64,000 nt of DNA from an uncultured Bacteriovorax sp. (GTDB taxonomy: Bacteria; Bdellovibrionota; Bacteriovoracia; Bacteriovoracales; Bacteriovoracaceae): assembly GCA_964456675.1 (NCBI GenBank), contig CAYWBR010000002.1, forward strand, positions 19,215 to 83,214. Reading direction: 5' to 3'. Positions 1 to 8,214 of the stretch are shown in pieces (the first letter of the stretch is position 1; each line of letters starts with the position of its first letter). The notes beneath the pieces were generated by a model. It was not told the DNA's origin and did no database searches. It saw only the letters and a list, made by a program, of their open reading frames with translations. Both the position numbers and the translations under genes were made by a program.

Positions 1-5
1 GGGCC

Positions 6-1088
6 ATGGGTGATACTGACCATGAAGCAGAAGTTGTTGTAGAAGATATTGTTCAACATCAAGCTCAAGGTGGACACCTCGGAGATATTGCTGTTCTTTA
101 TCGCTCCAATACTCAAGCTCCTCCGATAGAAGATCAATTACGCATGAGTCAAGTTCCATATACCATTATTGGTGGGCAAAAATTTTATGATAAAAAAGAA
201 GTAAAAGATTTAATGAGCTATCTTTTTACGATTTTAAACCCTAGCGATCAGATGGCCATACGAAGAATTTTAAATATTCCTCATCGAGGTATTGGTACTG
301 CTACACTAGAAAAATACCTACAAAAAAGTGCCGAAATAAATTCATCGCTCTTTGAGACTATGAAGCTTCATCCTGATTTAGACCCTCAACGAAAAGCGAG
401 CATTGAATCCTTTGTTAATTTAATAATGAAATTTCAAACTGAGTTTAAAAATCACACGCTAGCTGAAGCAATAGCAAAACTAGTCGAGGATATTGAATAT
501 TTAAATTTTATTGATAAACAATATGACAACGCTAAACAAGTAGAGCGCCGACGACTCGATGTAATGAATTTTATCGAATCAGCAAATAGATTTTCAAATT
601 ACTACAAAGATGGGGCAAGCCTTCAAACCTTTGTTGAGCGATTACTATTACAAGACTCACAGGATAAAGAAGAAGGAGAAGATGAAGATCAAGATGTTCG
701 TAAAAATGAAATAACTCTTATGACTTTTCACTCTTCTAAAGGATTAGAATTTAAATACGTTTATATGATTGGAGTTGAAGAAGAAACACTACCCCATAAA
801 AAAACAATATCCCAAGGTGAAGACATCTCCGAAGAGAGACGTCTGTGTTATGTCGGCGTAACTCGTGCACAAGAAAAACTGATTATGACTTACTGTAAAA
901 ATAGAAAAATCTATGGAAAAGAAACTCCACGCCATCCTTCTAGGTTTTTAAATGATATTCGAAACCAAAACTTGTTCATAGAGCAAGATCGTACACAATT
1001 TGGTCATTTAACAAAAGATGAAGCTGAATCTTATAAGAAGAACTTTTTTGCTAACTTATTGGCCAATCTAGACGATGAAAAAAAATAA
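6..1088 (+). CDS. rep: UvrD/Rep/PcrA-family SF1 DNA helicase, C-terminal part (5'-truncated by window), Rep-like
   Basis: Motifs IAVLYRSNTQ, LMTFHSSKGLEF and EERRLCYVGVTRA. The frame is open to the window edge. The short tail (EQDR...FANLLANL) resembles Rep rather than the UvrD/PcrA Tudor tail. Confidence 0.8.
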   Translation: MGDTDHEAEVVVEDIVQHQAQGGHLGDIAVLYRSNTQAPPIEDQLRMSQVPYTIIGGQKFYDKKEVKDLMSYLFTILNPSDQMAIRRILNIPHRGIGTATLEKYLQKSAEINSSLFETMKLHPDLDPQRKASIESFVNLIMKFQTEFKNHTLAEAIAKLVEDIEYLNFIDKQYDNAKQVERRRLDVMNFIESANRFSNYYKDGASLQTFVERLLLQDSQDKEEGEDEDQDVRKNEITLMTFHSSKGLEFKYVYMIGVEEETLPHKKTISQGEDISEERRLCYVGVTRAQEKLIMTYCKNRKIYGKETPRHPSRFLNDIRNQNLFIEQDRTQFGHLTKDEAESYKKNFFANLLANLDDEKK

Positions 1089-1147
1089 TCTGATTATGTA
1101 TTATAGACAGGCCATCCATGGCCCAAAAAATATCTGAATCCTTGATA

Positions 1148-1453
1148 TTAAAATCGTAAGATGATTTTGTTAAAAAGACCAAAGCTTTCTTTAATTTCTA
1201 TCTCTACTTTTTTCAAATCATCACATTTTATCCCATTTTCTAAAATGAGTTTGTTTAATTTAACTGACCTTGGGTATAAAAAACTAAAATACTCTGCAGA
1301 AACTTGCCGATTCGTTCTTTTATCAATTTTATCTAAATCATTTGCCTGTAATTGATCGAAATATATATCATTTTTGCATCTATCCATAGAGATTCTTGTC
1401 GCGGAACAACCGCATAAAATCAATGTACTAAAAACTAAAACAACATAATTCAT
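1148..1453 (-). CDS. Small lipoprotein, possibly Bor/Iss-like
   Basis: Lipobox-like LCGC signal. Start overlaps the stop of the upstream ORF (ATGA) and the size matches its neighbour. Confidence 0.6.
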   Translation of the reverse strand: MNYVVLVFSTLILCGCSATRISMDRCKNDIYFDQLQANDLDKIDKRTNRQVSAEYFSFLYPRSVKLNKLILENGIKCDDLKKVEIEIKESFGLFNKIILRF

Positions 1454-1863
1454 GGCAAATTCTCCTCAGTCTCAAGAATTGGATGAGAGAACTGATGCAA
1501 AAGAGAATCTGATTTTTTTGTATAAAGAGATATCTCAATATCAACGGGGTAATACACCCCCAGGGTTGTTACTGCTAAAAAATATGAAAAAAAACGTCGC
1601 TGCATACTTACTTCAATGCTTGATGCATTTTTAATTCCATCTCCATGAAAGTAATCCTCCAAATAAACAACTCTCTCACCTGGAAGCAGACCAAAAAGAT
1701 AAAAATCTAATCGTATAGGTTTTTTTAACTGTACATCATCTCCCGAACGATGATTTAAATAGAATTTTTTTTGATCCGTATTTGCTGATTGAATTTTAAC
1801 ATTGGCACAGCCACAAAATAATAAAAAAAATGAAGCAATTATAATTAACGATTGATTTCTCAT
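1450..1863 (-). CDS. Bor/Iss-like lipoprotein
   Basis: Lipobox FCGC plus FYLFGLLP and LAVTTLGVYYP segments resembling Bor (FF..G.. / ITLGIYTP). Confidence 0.65.
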   Translation of the reverse strand: MRNQSLIIIASFFLLFCGCANVKIQSANTDQKKFYLNHRSGDDVQLKKPIRLDFYLFGLLPGERVVYLEDYFHGDGIKNASSIEVSMQRRFFSYFLAVTTLGVYYPVDIEISLYTKKSDSLLHQFSHPILETEENLP

Positions 1864-1864
1864 T

Positions 1865-2695
1865 TTATGAGTCTGTAAAATTTGGTGAACGTTTATCTAT
1901 AAAAGCTGTAATGGCTTCCTTGTGATCATCTGTTCTTTGAGTAATTGATTGATAAGTAGCTAATGCCTCTAGAGAGGCATCTAGATTTGATAAATAAGAC
2001 AGCTTCATCGCCCTTTTAGTGTATCGAACCGCGATAGGCGCAGAAGACGCAATTGATTTTGCAACATCAAGGCAAAGATTCTCAATTTCTTTCTCTTTAT
2101 CGGTATCAAGATAATAGTCAAGTAATCCATATTCAAAAGCTGCCCTACCTCGTAAGAATTCTGCAGTTAAAAACATTCGCATAGCTTTTGTGTAACCCAC
2201 GGCTCTTTGAAGAAAAAACGTTCCACCATCCCCTGGAACTAAGCCTAATCTATTAAATGTTTCTGCAAAACTAGACCGATTGTCACCAAAGCGCAGGTCA
2301 CACATCATGGCCAAATCACAACCGGCTCCGACTGCAGGGCCATTTACCAGAGCGAGTATTGGTTTTTGAAACGATTCAATAGCTCGGGGAATTCGCTGAA
2401 TCCCATGAATGTATAAATCGCGAAGTTGTGGGCTCTCACCTGCAAACATTCCGCTGCGATCTTTCATTGCTTTAACATCTCCTCCTGCGGAAAAAGCCGA
2501 TTCCGCGCCTGTCAAAATAACTACTCTACACTTTGAATCTGTATCTAGTTTTTTTAAAAGTGACTCAAGCTCGTCAATCATTTTGGCCGTGATTGCATTT
2601 TTTTGAGTTGGATTATTTAATGTAATTCGTATGATATATGGAGAGATTTCATCTACTAATATGTGATCCATCTTATCCTCGTTTAGTTTTGGCAA
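1865..2695 (-). CDS. Enoyl-CoA hydratase/isomerase (crotonase family)
   Basis: AFSAGGD, NGPAVGAGCDLA and GLVPGDGG crotonase motifs. Confidence 0.9.
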   Translation of the reverse strand: MPKLNEDKMDHILVDEISPYIIRITLNNPTQKNAITAKMIDELESLLKKLDTDSKCRVVILTGAESAFSAGGDVKAMKDRSGMFAGESPQLRDLYIHGIQRIPRAIESFQKPILALVNGPAVGAGCDLAMMCDLRFGDNRSSFAETFNRLGLVPGDGGTFFLQRAVGYTKAMRMFLTAEFLRGRAAFEYGLLDYYLDTDKEKEIENLCLDVAKSIASSAPIAVRYTKRAMKLSYLSNLDASLEALATYQSITQRTDDHKEAITAFIDKRSPNFTDS

Positions 2696-3600
2696 GTTGA
2701 AGCATATGCCCTATGCATTTTTGAACTTGATTCTTTTCCTAGTAATTTCAAAATGAATTGTGACGCTTTAAAAAGTTTGTCAAAATGAATACCTGTTTCA
2801 TATCCCATCGAATGAAGCATATAGAGGACGTCTTCAGTTGCCACATTACCACTAGAACCAATTGCGTAGGGACAACCCCCGAGTCCACCAGCAGAAGCAT
2901 CAAAATTTACAATTCCTTCATTTAAAGAAGCAAGAATATTTGCCAGAGCAGTTCCACGTGTATCATGAAAATGCATACTGAAATAATTTAAATCGTGGTG
3001 TGCCTTAAGGCGAGAAATTACTTCAACCACTTGATCGGGATGCCCTACCCCAATAGTATCTCCTAACGAAATTTCCATGCAATTTAATTTTTTCAACTCA
3101 TCGACTAAATAAAGCATTTTATCTAAGCTAGTTTTTCCTTCGTAGGGGCAACCAAAAACCGTTGAGATATAACCTCTGGTCTTTAATCCAAGTGTATTTG
3201 CTTTGTTTACCACAGGTCGTATTCTATCAAGTGATTCTTCAATGGTTGCATTAATGTTTTTTTTATTAAAAGTTTCAGAAGTAGCAGTAAAAACTGCAAT
3301 ATGCTTTAGGCTACATTCGCAAGCTTTTTCCAATCCATACATATTTGGAACCAGAGAAAATAGTTCTATTTCCTTATTACTTAAAAATGTGTGTAACAAT
3401 CTTGAAAGCTCTACTCCGTCACTCATTTGAGGAATTTTTTCAGCACGAACAAAACTAGTAGTCTCAAGAGATCTCACTCCTGAGTTGATTAACATTTCAA
3501 TAAATGTAAATTTATCCTGAGTATTGATAATAGTTTTTTCATTTTGTAATCCATCTCTGGGACCAACCTCAATAAGACGGATTTTCTTTTTAATAACCAT
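2683..3600 (-). CDS. liuE: Hydroxymethylglutaryl-CoA lyase
   Basis: EVGPRDGLQNE, HFHDTRG, GLGGCPYA and GNVATED motifs, in a leucine-degradation gene context. Confidence 0.95.
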   Translation of the reverse strand: MVIKKKIRLIEVGPRDGLQNEKTIINTQDKFTFIEMLINSGVRSLETTSFVRAEKIPQMSDGVELSRLLHTFLSNKEIELFSLVPNMYGLEKACECSLKHIAVFTATSETFNKKNINATIEESLDRIRPVVNKANTLGLKTRGYISTVFGCPYEGKTSLDKMLYLVDELKKLNCMEISLGDTIGVGHPDQVVEVISRLKAHHDLNYFSMHFHDTRGTALANILASLNEGIVNFDASAGGLGGCPYAIGSSGNVATEDVLYMLHSMGYETGIHFDKLFKASQFILKLLGKESSSKMHRAYASTCQN

Positions 3601-3618
3601 AATACAAATTCCTTAGGT

Positions 3619-4098
3619 CTATTCTTTTATTTGAACTAACTCAACACCACCATTTACCTGATCGCCAATATTATATTTAATGTTTTCTACAACACCTTTT
3701 AAGTTAGCTTTTATCGTATGTTCCATTTTCATCGCCTCTAAAACTAACAAAGGAGTCCCTATCTCAATCGAATCGCCAATATTTACCATAATTTTTAAAA
3801 TCTTTCCCGGCATAGGTGAAAGCATCGAGCCTGGTATTTCTTTTTTCTTTCCTCTTCTACGGTTTTCCTCAGAAAACTTAAATTCTTCGCCATTAGAATA
3901 AATGCAATTTTCACTAGCGATGAACTTCAAGCTATTTTTGGTGTTTAAATTACTAACAAGATATTCATTTTGAGAATTAATTTTTTCTAATTGGAATTGA
4001 AATTTATGGCCATCATATTCGACTTCAATTTTTCCATTAGATAATTGATTGACGTCTGCAACTACTTTTTTATTATTAATAATATATTCTTTTTTCAT
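3619..4098 (-). CDS. Biotin carboxyl carrier protein with N-terminal BT-like region (split methylcrotonyl-CoA carboxylase alpha)
   Basis: SPMPGKI and the LEAMKMEH biotinylation motif. Confidence 0.9.
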   Translation of the reverse strand: MKKEYIINNKKVVADVNQLSNGKIEVEYDGHKFQFQLEKINSQNEYLVSNLNTKNSLKFIASENCIYSNGEEFKFSEENRRRGKKKEIPGSMLSPMPGKILKIMVNIGDSIEIGTPLLVLEAMKMEHTIKANLKGVVENIKYNIGDQVNGGVELVQIKE

Positions 4099-4115
4099 TT
4101 TGTATCCTTACACAC

Positions 4116-5609
4116 TTAAATTAACCTAAAACTTGTTAAGTTATCCCACGCTGATGATTTGTAAGAAGAATTTCCAACCTGACTTCTTAGATAATTACCT
4201 CTAAATTCATTTAAAGCGATCGCCATGCAAATAGACTCAATACTTTGCTCCCTAGGTAGAAGCTTGTCTTTGTAGGTTTTCACAAAATGGGTATAAGTCA
4301 ATCCGTTTGCAAATTCTTCAGTTTTAAAAATGCGTTTTAGGTAATCATGGTTTGTTTTGACTCCTAAAAATGGAGTTTCATCTAAAGCCTGCATGATTTT
4401 CATCGTAGCGTCTTGGCGGTTTTCACCCCAAACAATAAGCTTAGCGAGCATTGGATCGAATTGAATGGTAACTTCATTGCCGGCAACAAAGCCACACTCA
4501 AGCCTAGAGTTTCTAACTTTAGGAAAACCGATATAAGAAATCTTGCCGATTGAAGGCAAAAACTCATTATCTGGATCTTCTGCATATAATCTTACCTCAA
4601 TAGCATGTCCCTTTTGTACAATATCATTTTGAGTAATCTTTAATTTTTCACCACGGGCAACTTGAATCTGCATTTTTACTAAATCTAGCCCTGTTACCAT
4701 TTCTGTAACTGGATGCTCAACCTGTAGACGAGTATTCATTTCTAGAAAATAAAATTTACCATCTGTATCTAAAATAAACTCAACCGTTCCAGCTCCTAGG
4801 TAGTTTATTCCTCTAGTAATTTTCAAAGCGGCATCACACATCTCTTGTCGTAGTTTCTGGTCTAATGCAACAGAAGGTGATTCTTCAATGATTTTTTGAT
4901 AGCGCCTTTGAATCGAACACTCCCTTTCAAATAAATGAAAATGCCCACCATGTGAGTCTGACATGACTTGAATTTCTATGTGTCTAGGACTAACAATAAA
5001 TTTTTCAATAAGCACAGTATCATCACTAAATGCATTGAGTGCTTCTCGTTTTGCGCCTTCAAGCTCTGATTCAAAATCTTTATCATCAGAAACAATTCGC
5101 ATTCCCTTTCCTCCGCCACCAGCAGAAGCTTTAATCAATACGGGATAACCAATTTCACGGGCCTTTGTATGAAGAGTTTTTAGACTCTGGTCCTTACCAT
5201 GATAGCCTGGAATCGAAGGGACATCTAATTCTTGAATTTTTTCTTTTGAAGATTTTTTATCCCCCATCAGTTCAATATTTTCTACACTAGGACCTATAAA
5301 TATCAATCCAGCATCAGTTACGGCTTTTGCAAAAAAACTACGTTCTGACAAAAAACCATAGCCAGGGTGAATGGCATCTGCTTTGGCATTTTTTGCGATA
5401 TCTATAATTTTTTGGCAATCTAAATAAGTATCTTTAAGAGCACCACTTCCGAGCGAATAAGCCTCATCAGCATAAAAACGATGAGGATATTCTTTTTCGT
5501 CATCAGAATAGATTGCTACTGATTTAATCCCCATTTCACGACATGTATCAACAATTCGCTTTGAAATTTCTCCACGATTGGCAATCAATAATTTTTTAAT
5601 TTCTCTCAT
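4116..5609 (-). CDS. liuD: Biotin carboxylase subunit of methylcrotonyl-CoA carboxylase
   Basis: LLIANRGEI, HPGYGFLSE, KASAGGGGKGMR and EMNTRLQVEHPVTE motifs. No BCCP is fused. Confidence 0.9.
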   Translation of the reverse strand: MREIKKLLIANRGEISKRIVDTCREMGIKSVAIYSDDEKEYPHRFYADEAYSLGSGALKDTYLDCQKIIDIAKNAKADAIHPGYGFLSERSFFAKAVTDAGLIFIGPSVENIELMGDKKSSKEKIQELDVPSIPGYHGKDQSLKTLHTKAREIGYPVLIKASAGGGGKGMRIVSDDKDFESELEGAKREALNAFSDDTVLIEKFIVSPRHIEIQVMSDSHGGHFHLFERECSIQRRYQKIIEESPSVALDQKLRQEMCDAALKITRGINYLGAGTVEFILDTDGKFYFLEMNTRLQVEHPVTEMVTGLDLVKMQIQVARGEKLKITQNDIVQKGHAIEVRLYAEDPDNEFLPSIGKISYIGFPKVRNSRLECGFVAGNEVTIQFDPMLAKLIVWGENRQDATMKIMQALDETPFLGVKTNHDYLKRIFKTEEFANGLTYTHFVKTYKDKLLPREQSIESICMAIALNEFRGNYLRSQVGNSSYKSSAWDNLTSFRLI

Positions 5610-5622
5610 AAATATCCTTACC

Positions 5623-6417
5623 TTATTCTTTTATCCAATTTGGCTTTTGTTTTTCTAAAAGAGAATTCATTCCATTTTGGCCTTCTTGCGAAATTCTTAA
5701 TTCAGATATGAGCTCTGTAGTAAACTTCCGTCTTTCTCCCCTTGGCAACTCAACAATTTGTTTAATTAAATCTTTGGTTCTTCTTTGTGCCACAGGAGCG
5801 CATACTAGATACTCATTTATTCTTTTTTCAAATAAAGCATCCAGTTCTTCTGACCCTACCACGCTATGAACAAGCCCCATTCTCAGTGCTTCTTCGGCCT
5901 TTATCCTTCTACCTGATAAAAAAGTTGCTCGCGCATGACTCTCCCCAATTTTAGCGACGACAAAAGGCGAAATCACCGCGGGCGCAAGCCCTAAGCGCAC
6001 TTCTGTAAATCCAAGCTCGGCATTACTAGAAGCAACAACTTCATCAGCACAAGCAACAAGTCCAGCTCCTCCGCCAAGAGCGTGCCCATGGAGTTTTAAT
6101 AAGACTGGTGCTGAAAAAGAGTTTAGTTGATAAAAGAGCTCGGCAAGTTCATTTGAATCTTTTATATTTTCAGAAAAAGAATAAGTGGCCATTTTTTTCA
6201 TCCAATTAAGGTCTGCACCTGCACAAAAGGATTTTCCATTAGACTTTATTATCAATATTCTCAGGTCTGTTATTGAACGTGCTCTTTTAATTATTTCGAT
6301 AAACTCACTAATAAATACTTCGTTAAAGGCATTGTGAAGTTCAGGGCGATCGAGCGTTATTGTGGCCACACCTCGTGAATCAATATCAAAAAGTATGAAA
6401 TTATTTTCCTTTATCAT
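5623..6417 (-). CDS. liuC: Methylglutaconyl-CoA hydratase (crotonase family)
   Basis: FCAGADLNWMK and EVRLGLAPAVISPFV motifs. Lies between the MCC beta and alpha genes. Confidence 0.85.
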   Translation of the reverse strand: MIKENNFILFDIDSRGVATITLDRPELHNAFNEVFISEFIEIIKRARSITDLRILIIKSNGKSFCAGADLNWMKKMATYSFSENIKDSNELAELFYQLNSFSAPVLLKLHGHALGGGAGLVACADEVVASSNAELGFTEVRLGLAPAVISPFVVAKIGESHARATFLSGRRIKAEEALRMGLVHSVVGSEELDALFEKRINEYLVCAPVAQRRTKDLIKQIVELPRGERRKFTTELISELRISQEGQNGMNSLLEKQKPNWIKE

Positions 6418-6446
6418 TTTTTACCTTCAATTTAAATTAGTAAAAA

Positions 6447-8060
6447 TTACATTCTAAAAACACCAAACTTCGTCTCATTTATTGGTGCATTTTTTGAAGC
6501 TTCAAGTGCAAGCGCTAAAACATCGCGAGTTTTGGCAGGATCAATCACCCCATCGTCCCAAAGCCTAGCTGTTGAATAGTAACACGAACCTTCTCTTTCA
6601 TATTTCTCAAGTATTGGGCGCTCAAATTCTGCCACCTCTTCTTTGGTCATTTCATTTTTTTTCTGTGCCAAAAGCGATTGCTGTTTTACTGTAGATAAAA
6701 CTTTTGCTGCCTGCTCACCACCCATCACTGAAATACGCGCATTTGGCCACATCCACAAAAAACGAGGAGAATATGCTCTACCGCACATGCCGTAGTTTCC
6801 TGCGCCAAAAGAGCCTCCAATAATAACAGTGAACTTTGGAACATTTACTGTTGATACAGCTGTCACCATTTTAGCACCATGCTTGGCAATTCCTTCATTT
6901 TCATATTGGCGGCCAACCATAAAGCCTGTGATATTTTGTAAAAACAATAGTGGAATTTTTCTTTGTCCACATAGCTCGATGAAGTGAGCTCCTTTTTGCG
7001 CACTTTCAGAAAAAAGAATCCCATTATTTGCCACAATACCTACCTGATGTCCGTGGATGCGAGCAAATCCTGTCACCAACGTGCCTCCGTAGCGCTCCTT
7101 AAACTCATGAAATTCAGATCCATCGACCAAACGTGCAATGATTTCTCTAACGTCAAAAGGCTTTCTGGTATCTTCAGGAATAATTCCGTAGATATCTTTC
7201 ATCTCAAAGAGCGGATCTTTAACATCTTTGTCAGAGGCCAAATCCTTAACTTTTTTTGCATTTAAATTCTCAATGATATTTCTAGTTATAATAAAAGCTT
7301 CTTCTTCATCGTTTGCAAAATGATCACTAACGCCACTTATTCTTGTATGTACGTCAGCTCCGCCTAAATCTTCGGCCGTAACCTCTTCGCCCGTTGCAGC
7401 CTTGACAAGAGGTGGTCCTCCTAAAAATATTGTACCGTTGTTTTTTACAATAACCGTCTCATCACTCATTGCAGGAACATAAGCTCCTCCCGCAGTACAC
7501 GATCCCAAGACCACCGCAATTTGAGAGATGCCCTTAGCTGACATTTGAGCTTGATTATAAAAAATTCTTCCAAAATGATCACGGTCGGGAAATACTTCGT
7601 CTTGTTTTGGTAAAAATGCCCCACCACTATCGACTAAATATATACATGGTAGTTGATTTTCTAGCGCTACCTCTTGAGCGCGTAAATGCTTTTTAACTGT
7701 TATGGGATAATAAGTACCTCCTTTAACAGTTGCATCGTTGGCGACAAACATACAAAGTGTACCATGGACTTTACCAATACCTGTCACCATGGCACCTGAT
7801 GGAACTTCGTCGTCGTAAAGATCGATTCCGGCCAGAGCGGACAACTCTAAAAAAGGAGAACCTGGGTCTAGGATTTTTTCAATTCTTTCACGGGGAAGAA
7901 ATTTTTTTCTGGCGTGATGTCTTGATACTGCATCACGACCTCCACCCAATTTAACTTTTGCGTGTAATTCATTTAGTTTTTCAAGCAAAGATAAATGAAA
8001 AGAACTATTTTTTTGAAAATCATTTGATCGTGTATCGATCTCTGATGAGAGTGCGTCCAT
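6447..8060 (-). CDS. liuB: Methylcrotonyl-CoA carboxylase beta (carboxyltransferase) subunit
   Basis: [35 protein letters not shown] and [10 protein letters not shown] motifs. Confidence 0.95.
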   Translation of the reverse strand: MDALSSEIDTRSNDFQKNSSFHLSLLEKLNELHAKVKLGGGRDAVSRHHARKKFLPRERIEKILDPGSPFLELSALAGIDLYDDEVPSGAMVTGIGKVHGTLCMFVANDATVKGGTYYPITVKKHLRAQEVALENQLPCIYLVDSGGAFLPKQDEVFPDRDHFGRIFYNQAQMSAKGISQIAVVLGSCTAGGAYVPAMSDETVIVKNNGTIFLGGPPLVKAATGEEVTAEDLGGADVHTRISGVSDHFANDEEEAFIITRNIIENLNAKKVKDLASDKDVKDPLFEMKDIYGIIPEDTRKPFDVREIIARLVDGSEFHEFKERYGGTLVTGFARIHGHQVGIVANNGILFSESAQKGAHFIELCGQRKIPLLFLQNITGFMVGRQYENEGIAKHGAKMVTAVSTVNVPKFTVIIGGSFGAGNYGMCGRAYSPRFLWMWPNARISVMGGEQAAKVLSTVKQQSLLAQKKNEMTKEEVAEFERPILEKYEREGSCYYSTARLWDDGVIDPAKTRDVLALALEASKNAPINETKFGVFRM

Positions 8061-8178
8061 GAAGTTTCCTCATACAAAATATGCTTATAAGATTAGAATT
8101 TTTAACGAATTTAATTGTAATGATAAGGCATCATACTGCCAAGAGATTTGCCTTTAACTAACGCTATGTGCGACCCAA

Positions 8179-8203
8179 AAAAGCCCTCAAAATGAGGGCT
8201 TTT
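8179..8203 (-). terminator. Intrinsic terminator
   Basis: AAAAGCCCTC-AAAAT-GAGGGCTTTT hairpin just after the stop of the large secreted ORF. Confidence 0.8.
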
Positions 8204-8214
8204 CAACGAAAATT

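Noticed and set aside
8126-8142. sigma54 promoter for the liu operon (TGGCAG...TGC)
   Set aside because: GG-to-GC spacing is 9 nt rather than the required 10.
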